Shown: piece by piece, positions 13,045 to 26,202 of the stretch
Position numbering within the stretch: position 1 is the stretch's first letter
How the letters are laid out: each line of letters opens with the position of its first letter
Assembly (NCBI GenBank): GCA_043228905.1
Contig: JBHGNT010000003.1
Location: 15,996,001-16,060,000, forward strand
Direction of reading: 5' to 3'
Length of the DNA: 64,000 nucleotides
Source of the DNA: Azolla caroliniana
Taxonomy: Eukaryota > Plantae > Polypodiophyta
Translations under genes and position numbers: made by a program
Notes under the pieces: generated by a model
Seen by the model: only the letters and a program-made list of their open reading frames with translations
Databases searched by the model: none
Told to the model about the DNA's origin: nothing

Positions 13045-13223
13045 TTTTTATGAGTCTTGGAGTTTTGGTATATGTTCATGTCACATGACATTATCCCCTT
13101 CCTTTGATGACGAGTTCCACGAGTCGCGATGCACGAACTAGGAGTTGGCTTATTCGGATATCGTTGATGAAATTCAGCTACAAATTCTTTGGTATTATTG
13201 AGATTTTCAGCTGGCTCTCACGT

Positions 13224-15930
13224 TCAATCCACAGGTTTATAACCCAACCAATCAACAAAATAATACAATTTGTTCGTCAGAAGTTTAGAGTCCAAAATGG
13301 ATTTCTCTTCATATTTTGGGCCTTCATCAAGCTCAATAGGAGGTGGAGGGGGAACAACGCGATCTGGAATAAAGTTTGAAGCATAAGGTTCCAAGAGTGA
13401 GACATGGAACACTGGATGAAGATGCATATGAGGAGGGAGATCAAGATGAAAAGCAACTTCATTGATTTGTTTAGTGATTAAATATGGACCAAGACGTTGA
13501 TAATCCAACTTGTTACAAGGACTAGTGGTCTTCACATTACATCGTAAGAGTGATACACGATCTCCAACTTGAAATTTGGGTTTTTCCGGTGATGAGTTGG
13601 CTCGATGGCGATCTGCAAATTTCTTATGGGTGGCTTGAGCATGATGTAAATGATGAGAAAGAGCAATATGAATTTCTTGGATATGACGTAGGCGATCCTC
13701 CACAGTAGGGTTTTTCGAGATTTTTGGGTGGTCAAGCATTGTCCAACAGGGATGAACACCTATGTTGGCAAAGAAGGGAGTAAGTTTGGCAGAAGAATGG
13801 ACTGGATTATTGTAAGAAAACTTCGTAAAATGTAAATAATCTACCCAATCATCCTGTTGATAATTGATGAAGCAACGAAGGTATTGTTCCAAGGTTTGAT
13901 TGGTACGTTCGGTTTGACCATCAGTCTCAAGATGATACCTTGAAGAGAGTTTACAATCAATTTGGAGGAGCCCAAACAAGTGTTTCCAAAATGTCGAGAT
14001 AAATTGTGGTCCTTGATCACTAATGATATCATCTGGAAGATCGTGATGCCGAAACACTTCACGCATAACCAAATCTGATGTCTCTTGATTATTAATAGTC
14101 TTTGTGCATGGTAGAAAATGTCCCATCTTACTGAACTGATCTACAGCAGTAAGGATGGAATCAAAACCTTTGGAAGACGAAAGATTAGTAATGAAATCCA
14201 TAGATATAGACTTCCAGGGACCATCAGGCACTTGAAATGGTTGGAGTAAACCATACGGTCGATGCCGATGACACTTGGACCGACAACATGCATCAAAACT
14301 GCGAATGTAGTCCTCAACATAATTACGAAGACACAACCACCAATATTCTAGAAACTAATTCCAAAGTTCTTTGAACTCTAAAATGTCCAGCCATTGGCAT
14401 GTCATGGTAGTGTTGTAAAATAAGGAGTCGAGAACGACCATTAGGGACATAAAGTAAATTATCATGTCAACTAAACTGATTATAATCTTTACAAGAATTC
14501 ACGGACCTTGAACAAAAAACATGATCTGGAATGATATGATTCAAGATATCTTGTGCAAATTTGTTTGCTTCAAGATCAATACGAATTGTAACTTAATAAG
14601 GATCGAGTTTGTGGGCGTCTTCAAAGCATTAGCGGCCATTACTTGTAAATGATTAGGACCAAGGAGGATTTGCTTTTGATGTTCAAAAGTAGGTTCCCCT
14701 AAACAGGGTGTCGTGTAGGAATGCTGAGATAGCACATCTGCCTTTCCCTGGTGTATTGTGGGGCAATACATGATCTGGAAATCAAAGTGTGTAAGAAATT
14801 GTGCCCAATGAGCCTGTCGACGATTTAAAACTCGAGTATTTTGGAAATACGTTAGGTTATTGTGATCATTATAGACAATGATTTGATGGAGAGAACCTTC
14901 CAAGAAGTGGCGCCAATGCTCAAAAGAGTCTACAATAGCCAAAAGCTCCTTGTCATGAATCTCATAATTAATTTCCGCAACTTCAAATTTCAGCGAATGA
15001 AAAGCAACTAGATATAATAACCTATTTTCTTTGGGTTGTGAGAGGACTCTCTCGAGTGCAAAATCTAATGCATCAGCTTCCAAAATAACTTGTCTTGGTC
15101 AGCATGGATCAAAATAGGAGTTGATGTGAACACACGTTTCAAGATTTCGACTACCTCATCCGAACTATGATTCCATATGAATGGTCGGTTTTTATGTGTT
15201 TAAATTGTGTAAGAGGCAAAACCTTCTTACAATAAAAATTTGCAAATCCCAAGAAACACTGGACATCATGCACAAATTGTTTGCACCTTTTTTGCATCCA
15301 TAGATATTCCTTTTAGTGATACTATGTAACCTAGGAATTCCACTTGGTTGAGATCAAAACTACATTTCTCGAGTTTAGCATAAAGACCATATTCTTGTAA
15401 TCGTTGTAGAACTTGGCGTACATTCTCATCATGCTCTTCTTGAGTCTCTTGGAAAATATCAAGATATTGTCCAAATAAATGATGGTGAATATATCCAAGT
15501 AGGCTCGGAAAATATCATTGGCCATATGCTGAAAAACCACAGGAGCATTTGTGAGACCGAAAGGCATAATTGTATACACAAAATGCCCATATCGAGTGCG
15601 AAATGCAGTTTTCCATTCATCACCTAGACGAACTCGAACTAGATTATCTAAGCACCTCTAAGATTGATCTTTGTAAAGTATTTGGCTCCAATCAACCGCA
15701 CCAAAACTGTTGGTATTAAAGGTAAGGCATACTTGTTTCTAATTGTCGTTTTGTTTAATCCTCAATAATCTACGACCAAGCGAAGCAATCCATCTTTCTT
15801 CTTGACAAGTAGGAGATTTGGAATGACGAATAAATCTAGTAGCTAAATTTTAATTGATATAGTTGCGAAGAACCTTGAGCTTTGCAGGTGACAAACTATA
15901 AATTGGTCCCCAAGACGAGTCTTTTCCTAG
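13224..15930 (-). pseudogene. pol: Degenerate chromovirus pol (RT, RNase H, integrase, chromodomain)
   Basis: YLDN (mutated YLDD), EADALDFA, HDKELLAI, SMDFIT, SDQGPQF, GQTERTN, LGPY, YFVDWLGY. Frameshifts and stops. Confidence 0.9.
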
Positions 15931-17053
15931 TTGACGATGTGAAGAATAGCGTGGAATATTGTTCGGCCACAACCGACTCTTGAGTCATAGAAATGGGAAT
16001 GAACCACATAAACGGGAAGTAGAGAGTACACAGAATATTTACGTGGAAAACCCTAATATGGAAAAACCACGAGAGCCCACAGACTCCAAACTATCACTAT
16101 ATAGGAAAAGGTACAAACAGAGACTCAGAGGCAATGACCTCGAGCTCTATATCTTTGCCAACGGGTGGTTACAACAGAGTATCGCTCTATATCTTACTCT
16201 CTCTCTATACAACAGTTATCTCTACAACAATATGACAACCTTCTCACATCTCTCCAAAGTGATTTCCCTAAGTCATATTTATACAAATATAGCCTCAATA
16301 GGCTTACTCAAAACATATTTACAAATATGTCTTCACTTCCAGTTCACACCGTGTCCATCCGATCCGGTTTCTGGATCTCTTCTAGTACTCATTGGGTCCA
16401 TCCGATCCGGTTTCCGGATCTCCTCATTCATAACCGGATCCCATCCGGAGGGACTGATTTCCCAACAATTAGCATATCCGACATGTTCTACACCATGTGG
16501 ATCTTTGTCAGAAGGAACTCCTGATCTTCTTCTCTCTCCCGGATTTAGTGGTACCTCTGTTGGATATGTTTCGTCCGGGAATGGTAGGCTGCATTCTTTG
16601 CAAGGTGGATGACACTTTCACTATCACAGTAGAGTTGGTATTCCTCCTGTTGGATCCCTAACTCTCTGATGAAGTTCTTCATCTAGATTATCTCCTTGCC
16701 GGCTTCCACAACTGCCATGTACTCCGCCCCCATGGTTGACAATGCAACAGACTTCTGCAGCCTCGACTGCCACAAAATAGCTCCCCCTGCATAAATCATG
16801 ACATATCCGGATGTAGACCGGTTGGTATTCGCATCAGCTGGTTGACAATGCAACCGACTTCTGCAGCCTCGACTGCCACAAAATAGCTCCCCCTACATAA
16901 ATCATGACATATCCGGATATAGACCGGCTGGTATTCGCATCAGCCGACATATCTGAATCCGTGAAACCATCGAGTTAGGGTTTTCCGGAGCCAAACTGGA
17001 GGCACATACTTGAGGTGCCTTTCAGATTCCGGAGAATCCACTTAACTGCATTC

Positions 17054-17504
17054 TGTCATGATATGGCAAGACTTGAACCCATGACCTTATGGTATATGGG
17101 TCGAGGTCTTAACCATCACACCATCTATTGTAATTCATAGGATATTATTTTCATTTATGCTTTATTATAAGAAAGTAATGTATATTCCAAATTTCTCTAG
17201 AACATTCTAGAAGTTTCAGGATTACTCCTGAGAACACTATAAAAGAAGGCACTAGGCATTATGTTGAACCAAATTGGTTCAACGCCAGTCTTAAGCCTCT
17301 TAGCCATTTTGTACTTATCCTTCACATAATATATTGGCTATTATCATCATCTCTCTCTCTCTCTCTCTCATCCTCGTTATCTCTCTTTTCTCTTCTCTCT
17401 TTCTCTCTCTCTCAGGAGTCTTACGTAGTCCCGTCCTCTTAGTACTAATAGTACTGCTCTTCTTTAGTACTAATTCCATCTCTGCTTTAGTACTATTCCT
17501 GACA
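17054..17504 (+). mobile_element. Solo LTR of a Tcn1-like chromovirus family
   Basis: TGTCA...TGACA termini. TSD CATTC (17049-17053 / 17505-17509). TATAAAA at ~17238 followed by the GGTTCAACGCCAGTCTT motif shared with the LTRs at 7799, 36531 and 60331. Confidence 0.92.
17064..17123 (-). other. tRNA-derived A/B-box module in LTR U3
   Basis: TGGTGTGATGG TTAAGACC-17 nt-AGGTC ATG GGTTCAAGTCT TGCCA. Confidence 0.7.
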
Positions 17505-20500
17505 CATTCTAGTGCTCTCTTCTGGAATTGCTCATGAACCGGCTCACAACTCTGACTGCATATCCGATATCCGGTCGGGTACATACCATCGTGTACATCA
17601 AGCTTTCGACAGCAGAGGCATATGGAATCTTCACCATATCTGTCTTCTCCACCTTTATCCTCAGGATTTGCTTTCCAGATAGCTTGGAGGTTGCCGGAAG
17701 TGTTGATCCGACCGGTTTCCGATCCAACATGTTGAACTGTTGAAGCACCTTTGTCATGTACTTCTCCTGTGACAACCACAACAGCTTCTTCGACCAGTCC
17801 CGGAAGATGTGCATTCCCAATATCTGTCTTGCCAGACCCAAGTCTTTCATTGAGAAGGTCCGGTTCAGAGCCTTCTTGAGCATCCGAATCTTGCCTTGGT
17901 CTCGTTTGACGATCAACATATCATCCACATATAGAAGGAGTATCATGAAATCTCCTCAGTCAAATTTCTTCACAAACACTCAGTGATTGGCTTGTGTTTT
18001 GTGGTACCCTTGGTCGGTCATGAAGGAGTTGAACTTCCGGTACCATTGCCGGTGAGCTTGCTTTAGTCCGTATAGGCTCTTCTTCAGCCGGCACACTAGG
18101 TGCTCCTTCCCTTTCTTCTCAAATCCTTCCGGTTGATGCATGTAGATTTCTTCTTCGAGGTCGCCATGTAGGAATGTCGTCTTGACGTCCAGTTGCTCTA
18201 CCTCGAGGTTCATGCTTGCCGCTATGCCCAATATCGTCTGGATAGAAGTCATCTTTACTACTGGGGCAAAGATCTCATCGAAGTCCACTCCTTTCTTTTG
18301 CTGGAAACCCTTCACCACGATTCGGGTCTTATACCTGGGTGGATTTCCGACATCTCCCGGTTTCAACTTGTACACCCACTTGGTCCGGAGTGCTCTCTCT
18401 CCTTTCGGCAACTCTGTCAGTTCATATGTGTGGTTCTCATGTAGTGAATCCATCTCATCTTGCATGGCACTCAACCACTTGTGGTTGTGGGTGTCTCTCT
18501 TTTCTTCTTCGAAGCTTTCCGGCTCCTCCTCATCGGTTAGCAACACATGCTCTGCATCCAGAAATCTCCGGGGGGCTCTTCTCTCTCGGAGAGGATATCT
18601 CTGCCTTGGTTTCTGACTATCGGTTCCCTTGTTTTTTCCTCTTCCCTCTCCGATTCGGGATCTTGTTTGGTTCCAGTGTCTTCTTCTTCTTCTTCTTCTT
18701 CGGTCGGTTCAGTTTCTTGTTCGTATCAGGACGGTTCGTCGAGTGTCATCCGATTACCGGCTAACATATGGTTTTCAATCGGGTAGGTCCTTGTGTCCTC
18801 AAGCCAATTTTCATTGGATGATTCGGACTTCATCACCTTTTTCTCTGACTCCCAATCGACAATGGTCCTGTCTTCCATGAAGACTATGTCCTGAGTCCGG
18901 AACACCTTCTTCTCAACTAGATCCCACACCCGGTAAGTGAACGCATCATCACCATATCCAAGGAATATGCATGGCCTGGACTTCGGATTCAACTTTGCTC
19001 TCCTATCCGTTGCAACATGCACATATGTGAGACACCCGAACACCTTCAAATGCTGGTAAGACACGTCCTTACCGGTCCATACTCTTTGGGGTGTGTCGCT
19101 GTCATCAGCGCCTCAGCCCAAAACGTGTTGGGAAACTTTGCATGTGCCAACATGCTCTGAACTTTGTCCATCACGGTCTGGTTCATCCGTTTGCCCAACC
19201 CGTCCGATTCCGGCATTTTCGGCACGGTGAATTCGAGCCAGATTCCCTTCGACTGGCAGTACTCCTCGAATTGCCCCCGGTATTCTCCTTCGTTGTCCAC
19301 TCGAACCGCCTTAAGCTTTCGACCGGTTTCCATTTCCACTCTCGCGTGGAACTCCATGAAGATGGATAACACTTGATCCTTCGTCTTTAGTGGTGAGACC
19401 CACAACTTTCGACTGTGGTCAGATATGAACATCATGAAGTACTGCGATCTGGCATGTGACTTCGTGTGCATTTGACACACATCGGTATGCACCAACTCTA
19501 GTGGTGCACTCCATCTCATCGGTGGTCTTGACTGGAAGGAGGTTCGGTTTTACTTGCCGGCCAAGAAATCGGTGCACTTCTCAAGGTGCACGTCTTTCAC
19601 CTCCGGAATGAGGTTGTCTTCGGCAAGTCTCTTCATCCCCATCTGGGTCATATGACACAGTCTCTTGTGGCACAACTCACCGGCAGTGTCGGATGCTACA
19701 TTCACGTTTCCCGGCATATCCGGGCATTCATTAAGTATCCCGTGGTGAGAATTTACCGTAGTATTCTATACACGTGGATAAGTGTGAGGGTTAAATGAGA
19801 GTGTAATGAAGGGGAGGATTACTTTTAATCCCCTCTTTGCGTAAGTTTTCCAGAGATATTCTTGAGATCTAATGGCACTCTAAATTTAGGTTATAAGCAA
19901 TAGGGAAATTTCATATGTGGTTTTTCTTGGATTCCTCCAATAAATTTTGTTAGGAATTGATCGGCCACAACCAGTTACATGTTTGTATTCATGTGCGGAA
20001 ACCAAGAACTAGTACACAGACAGAAAAACGTGAAGACATAGAGACACCGATATTTTACGTGGAAAACCCAAAATGGGAAAAACCACGGGGGTCCACAAAC
20101 CTACAGAAAAAATAAATCACTATAGTAGAGAGGAAACTTACAAATACGAAACTCGGAGGCAACGACCTTGAGTTCTCCTTCGTCTAATAGACAACTACAG
20201 AGTTCCACGCTCACTCTCTCACTCACGGTTACAGAGGCAACTACCTCGTTCTAACTTTACAATAATGATCAACTACACATCAATAAATTTTGCCCTAGTT
20301 GCTTATAAACAAAAGCAACTTTTTGGCTATTTAACGATTTCTATTATAGTCTTCCGAAACGATTTCTATTTTCAATTTCAGTTTCGGCCTCGGTCTTGGC
20401 CTATCGACCTCGGCCGAGATAATAGAACCTTCGTCAGAATATCCGATCCATTTTTGGCTGTGTGGATCTTCACTAGAGCAAACTCCTTTTCTTCTACTCG

Positions 20501-21235
20501 CTCTTGGAGCCAATGATATCTTCTCCGGATGTGTTTGGTCCTCGAGTGGTAGGCAGCATTGTTCGCAAGGTGAATGACACTCTGGTTATCGCAATGGAGT
20601 TGGAATTCCTCTTGCCAAATTCCCAGCTCACCGATAAACTCGTTCATCCATATGATTTCCTTGCTGGCTTCCGCTATGGCCATATATTCGGCTTCCGTGG
20701 TCGATAGAACCACGGCTTTCTGTAGCTTCGATTGCCATGAAACAACCGACATGTCCGAGTCAGTATAACCTTCCAGTGTGGGGTTACCCGAACCGAAACG
20801 AAGTCACACATTTGACATGCCTTTTAGGTACCGAAGTATCCACTGTATGGTAGCCCAATGCTCTCTTCTGGGGTTGCTCATATATCGGCTAACCACGATG
20901 ACTGCGTATCCTATGTCCGGCTTGGTAGATACCATCGCATACATCAGGTTTCCAACTGCCGAGGCATAATGAACCTTTGACATCTCGGCCGTCTCGGTTT
21001 TCGATTGTGGACATTGTTCTTTGCTTAGCTTGCAATTCGTCGCCAGTGTCGAGCCAACCGGTTTTGTGTTTTCCATGCCGAATCTCTGGAGCACCTTTGT
21101 CACGTTGTCGCATTGTTACGCGCGTGCGTGGAGAAAGGTGGGACCACGGGGGTCTTGGACTAGGGAGTGATGGAGCGTAGGAAGTTGTGCTTCACTGTTT
21201 CTGGGGCATCCCAGAAACACCTCGGAAGCAACCGA

Positions 21236-21303
<68 letters not shown>

Positions 21304-24281
21304 ACACCGACTCACGCACACACACGCACACACACACACCCTTATGTACAGGAAACGCAGGAAAGGGCAAGCACCCGACACCAACGAAGACGCGAATATA
21401 CACAGACAGACGCAAACGCATATATGTATATAAAAGAATACATTCCCGGCTTCGAGCCGTTCCAAGGCAGGTTACAGTAGTCGTCAGCTGCCAAGCCGCC
21501 GTCGGGGAGCTCACGGGCTCGTCGCGCCGAGCAGGGTCTTGCGCAGGAGATGAGCTGAAGCAAACCCTAAACGAACACGAAGGAGAAGAAGAAGAAACTA
21601 ACTCTAAACCTAACGGTATACCCTCTAATGAAAAATGGGCAACCCTTTCACAAAGGGTGTTCCCTTCCTTTTATAGAACAAGGAAAGGAATGCGTTACAA
21701 TGTGGGACAAATCCTGGCGTACATGGGATCGTCTGCCCCGACTTGACTACTCTTCGGCGCCATAAAGGCGCCTCGATATTCACATTAAATGTACATGGGT
21801 GTGTACACACGTTGCACCCCACCGATGAAGCCAATGTTTCCCGGTTTCCGCCTCTGGACAAAATTCTTCACGACATCCGCCCCCACCTAACTGCACGTCC
21901 ACCGGTATGTGCCAAATCTGGTTGAAGGGTGAGAGATTTCGACCGGTGAGAAACCGGTCTCCCGTGATCCGCATCTCGGCTCGCTGGCGGTTTGATCCGT
22001 CGGCTTCGAGTCTTCCTTCGCGCTCGCCTCCCTGTAGGCTCGTTCGACTCGTCGATGGGTCCTCTGCCGCGATCTTCGTAGTACGCGTACTTCCGTTGGC
22101 CCTTGTTCGGCCGTATGAACGCCCCGCTTCCCGCCGTATGCCCGATGTCCTCCGCTCGAGGCATGCCCGTAGTGGCCTGCTTGGCCTCCGTTGACCATTC
22201 GTGATGTCCTGGTTGTCGTCCCATGTTGTTTCGCGTGGCCACCGCCCTCTCGCCGCCACCTTCCTTCTCCATGGTCTTACATTGCCGCGTCGGCTCTAAC
22301 CGCCATGGTCTCCGGAATAGCGTGGAAGATCCCTTTCCGGCCTTCTCCGCGCTAGTCTTTCCGCTCCGGCACCTCTGTGTGCTACATACCCTCATCCGTT
22401 GATTGGCACCGCCTGTGTCGCACTCTTTCCTGGCCAGATCGTGCATCGCCGCTCACCCGCATACCAGCGTCCTTTGCATCCGAGGAACACCCCGTAGTAG
22501 CCCGCTTGGACCTTCTGTCTTCATGCTGCTGCAATAGGTCCTGAGTCTTCCTCTTGCCGTCGTCCCCTCGCCCCACCTGCTTGTCACCCCGGGCTTGCCG
22601 TGTCAGTCTTCGCTACTTCGACGTAGCGGCCGAGATCTACGAAGCGAGTGTGGAGGATCCTCCTCCGGCCTCTCTTGCCATTCCCTGACTCCGACCCTGT
22701 GCAGTTCACTAGGCACTTGCCACCTCATTCCCGGCACCTTTCTTGTGCCGTCTTCCGCTTCCGTTGTTCGGCCCTGCCCGCACCGAACACCGTCCAGTAG
22801 TCACGCTTCGATCCGGCCCGCGATGGCCACTTGCGAGACTCTTGTTCTATCCTAGGTGTGCCTTTCCGGCCTGACACACCTCCCCGTGTTCGCCTCTACC
22901 GGCTCCTTCCGAAACCATGACCGGCCGGTGAGGGTTTTCGCACTTCGTCTGCCCGTCTTACCGGCTCCCTATCCGCTACCTCGTGTTGTCGGGTCCCGTT
23001 CCCTACCGCCACCAACCTTCTCTCTCGGTCTCACGTTGCCACGTTGGCCAAACTGCCAGAGTCTCCGGATCAGTGTGAGGGTCCCATAAGACCGGACTCC
23101 GTTTCTATGCTTGCCGAAATTCGGGTGTCTTTTGTTTGAGTCTCTCCCGGACTCTCCTCGTGTCTTCTGCGTAGTCGGGTCCCGTTTCCCGCCGCCACCA
23201 ACCCTCTCTCTCGGTCTCATGTTGCCACGTTGGCCGAACTGCCGGAGTCTCTGGTTAAGTGTGGGGATCCCGTAGGACCGGACTTCCTTACGCCCATTGC
23301 CTTCGTCACCTCGCCGCCACCGTAGGTCTTACGTCGACCGCGTTGACGACTGCCGAAGTCTCTAGAACCGGTGTGAAGGATCCTCCATAGGCCGCCGATT
23401 TGTCTTCCGACCCTGTCCCGGGTCGTCCTTTTCCGCATGTCGAGAGGGTGGTTTACTCCGCACCCTCTCCCGTGGTACCAACGTACCGTGTTCTCGGCCT
23501 CTTCGTAGGCCTGCTCTCTTCCTCCCTCCCGGAATGGTCATCCGGGAGTCCGCTCCGCCCGGTTCTCGTCCGGGTCCGTTCGTCCTTCTTCGGATTGCCG
23601 AGTCCCGTTCTCCTGTTGCCACCGATCTCTCTTATAGGACTCACGTCGGCACTCGGGCCTGTAGCCGGATCGGTGTAAGGAATCCCATAGGACCGGCTTT
23701 CATTCTCTTTCTAAATCTCGACCTTCGCCCGGTCGATCTTTCTCCCCATGTAAAAGAGGGCGGCTCGTCCCGCACCCTCTCCCGTATCGGCACCTTTATG
23801 CCAAGTCCGGCCCCGATCGAACAATCCGCGACTAGATTCTGCTCCATCCACATCAAAATGCTGATCTCCTCGTGCCGCGTCCGTCTTCGGCCTCCTCGCA
23901 GGCCGTTTCCCATCCGTCTTCGCTGGCATCGTGCCAGGACTCCTCGGTACCGCCATCCATCTCCTCGGTCTTACATGGGCATACGGGCCCGAATGCCGAG
24001 TTCTCCGGAATCGGGTCCGTGGGCTTTCGTCCGCTCCTTCCCCGTATCGTCTCGCCGGTGATTCTTGGCCTTTCGCCACCGCCTTCCTCCACTCAGGACT
24101 CACGTGAGCACTCGGGCCCGACTGCCATTGTCTTGGGAGCAAGTGTGGGAAGACACAAAGAATCGCCCGTCCATTTTTCGCCTTTGTCCGTAGCCACCGA
24201 CTCTTCGTGGTCGGCGTTCATCTTCTTACCGATCGCACAAGCCCCGTCTGGGCTTGCTTCTCCAATGAAGGAGATCTCGGG

Positions 24282-25235
24282 CTAACACGCCCGAAACCAC
24301 TGGTCCCATCGTTCCGGTTCCGTGATATGTATCTCGGCCTCGTCCTTGGCTGTTCTATCTCCGCAAGTTGAGAGGGCGTTTTGTTCCGCACCCTCTCCCG
24401 TGGTACCGTGGTACCGATCTTCCGTTGTTGCGTGGGGCAAGTCCATCTCCTCGGTCTCGGCTTCCAGCCCCGATCTTCCCTCTTCCTCGAGCATCACTTT
24501 GAGAGCTGCATACGCCTCCGCAATCCTGGCCCCAACCTCGACCCTCGTCGACTCTCTTTGCCGTTCGGCCTCTTCCCGTTGTGATGGCACACCGTCACGT
24601 CCCTTCCTCTTAGCCTTCTCGGCTCGCTCATCATCTAGCCGTTGGCACACCCTTCCGACCTTCGGCCAGTCCTCTGTAAGCCCATTCGCTCCATCATCGT
24701 CTTCGAGCTCAATCCCGATGGCTTCCCGTTCCGCTCAGTCGATCGACCCGACGAACAAAAGGACTTTGTCTGCCCCCACCAAACCTTGTTCCCGCTTCGA
24801 GAGCCGAGCAAGCCGTCGCTCGAACTCTCGGAACGCCTTGGTCGTGCCCCGGTGGGTCTTTGCCGATGCCACCCACTGATCAAAGTTGTATCGTCCCCAG
24901 CTCTTCCGCCATCCTCCGTATGCCTTCAGGAGCGCCTCTTCGAAGGCCTCCCACGAATTATGAGCCTCACGGAGCTCCTTTATTTCCGCATGCATCCGGA
25001 CAGCCACGACCTGACAGAAGAACTCCAGCCTCAACGCCTCGTCTACGCCACGCTCCTCAATTTCCGCATTGTAGGTTTCCAAGTAAGATGGGACTTTGTC
25101 CCCGTTGAAACGACCGACTCTTTCGACCACTCGCTCAACCGCTTGTTGCGCTGCTTCTCGCCTCATCACCACTCGTGCCGACTCCAACACCACTTCGGCC
25201 ACCATCTCCGCAAGGTCGTCGTCTTCCGACTCCAT
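24282..25235 (-). pseudogene. gag: Gag-like ORF with one in-frame stop (TGA at 24735-24737)
   Basis: VGRFNGDKVPSYLETYNAE...SWEAFEEALLKAY resembles the retrotransposon gag capsid N-terminus. The frame continues after the stop into 24282-24650. Confidence 0.7.
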
Positions 25236-25250
25236 CCTCCCTTGCCGCCT

Positions 25251-25268
25251 TTCACGTCGGGTTCACCA
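25251..25268 (-). promoter_or_regulatory. Primer-binding site complementary to cytosolic tRNA-Trp
   Basis: + strand TTCACGTCGGGTTCACCA matches the 3' 18 nt of plant tRNA-Trp(CCA) as I recall it. Lies 4 nt from the 5' LTR. Confidence 0.85.
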
Positions 25269-25405
25269 AATATGTCGCGTTGTTACGCGCGTGCGTGGAG
25301 AAAGGCGGAACCACGGGGGTCTTGGACTAGGGAGTGATGGAGCGTAGGAAGTCGTGCTTCACTGTTTCTGGGGCATCCCAGAAACACCTCGGAAGCAACC
25401 GAAGG

Positions 25406-25440
<35 letters not shown>

Positions 25441-26202
25441 CTTAACACCGACTCACACACGCACACGCACACACACACACACCCTTATGTACAGGAAACG
25501 CAGGAAAGGGGAAGCACCCGACACCAACGAAGACGCGAATATACACAGACAGACGCAAACGTATATATGTATATAAAAGAATACATTCCCGGCTTCGAGC
25601 CGTTCCAAGGCAGGTTACAGTAGTCGTCAGCTGCCAAGCCGCCGTCGGGGAGCTCACGGGCTCGTCGCGCCGAGCAGGGTCTTGCGCAGGAGATGAGCTG
25701 AAGCAAACCCTAAGCGAACATGAAGGAGAAGAAGAAGAAACTAACTCTAAACCTAACGGTATACCCTCTAATGCAAAATGGGCAACCCTTTCACAAAGGG
25801 TGTTCCCTTCCTTTTATAGAACAAGGAAAGGAATGCGTTACAATGTGGGACAAATCCCGGCGTACATGGGATCGTATGCCCCGACTTGACTACTCTTCGG
25901 CGCCATAAAGGCGCCTCGATATTCACACTAAATGTACATGGGTGCGTACACACGTTGCACCCCGCCGATGTAGCCAATGTTTCCCGGTTTCCGCCTCTGG
26001 CCGAAATTCTTCACGACAACGTATTTTTCTTGTGAAAACCACAACAATTTCGTTGTTCGATCCCGAACAACGTGCATCCCCAGGATTTGCTTTGCCGGAC
26101 CCATATCCTTCATCAAGAATGATCTGCGCAAGGCCTTCTGCAACACTCGGATCTTCATATGTTCCCGTTGGACAATCAGCATGTCCTCCACATAGAACAG
26201 GA

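Larger units (their letters stand above)
7799..13090 (-). repeat. 3' LTR of the old chromovirus (pieces 7799-8163 and 12965-13090)
   Basis: Both pieces align collinearly with 36531-37017 once the Copia insertion is removed. Confidence 0.9.
15938..19739 (-). mobile_element. Tork/Tnt1-like Copia, 5'-truncated (3' LTR 15938-16467; RH, RT and INT remnants)
   Basis: LTR ends GGGACTGATTTCCCAACA as in family members. RT motifs QLDVKTTFLHG, LKKSLYGLKQA, LLYVDDM. INT 18726-19519. PPT deleted. 106-bp tandem duplication 16733-16944. Breaks off into Gypsy spacer at ~19740. Confidence 0.88.
21106..26018 (-). mobile_element. Non-autonomous gag-only Gypsy-type LTR element (TR-GAG/LARD-like) with tRNA-Trp PBS
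   Basis: LTRs 21106-21875 and 25273-26018 (TGTCG...CGACA; about 18-20 substitutions by eye plus a (GA)n length change). 4-bp TSD ACGT. PBS at 25251-25268. PPT AGGTGGGGGCGGA at 21876-21888. Gag-like ORF only; no RT/RH/INT motifs in the 3.4-kb GC-rich interior. Confidence 0.9.

Noticed and set aside
15959-16612. 217-aa plus-strand ORF
   Set aside because: It is the antisense reading of a Copia LTR and RH tail, with no protein motif.
17064-17123. Functional tRNA genes at the A/B-box modules
   Set aside because: No acceptor stems and mostly unpaired anticodon arms. All copies lie inside LTRs, so they are reported as tRNA-derived modules.
21187-21563. ORFs with ER/SL dipeptide runs (also 25334-25706)
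   Set aside because: Translations of the (GA)n/(CA)n microsatellites in the LTRs.
21562-21570. Telo-box AAACCCTAA in LTRs
   Set aside because: A single 9-mer per LTR is common and has no supporting context.
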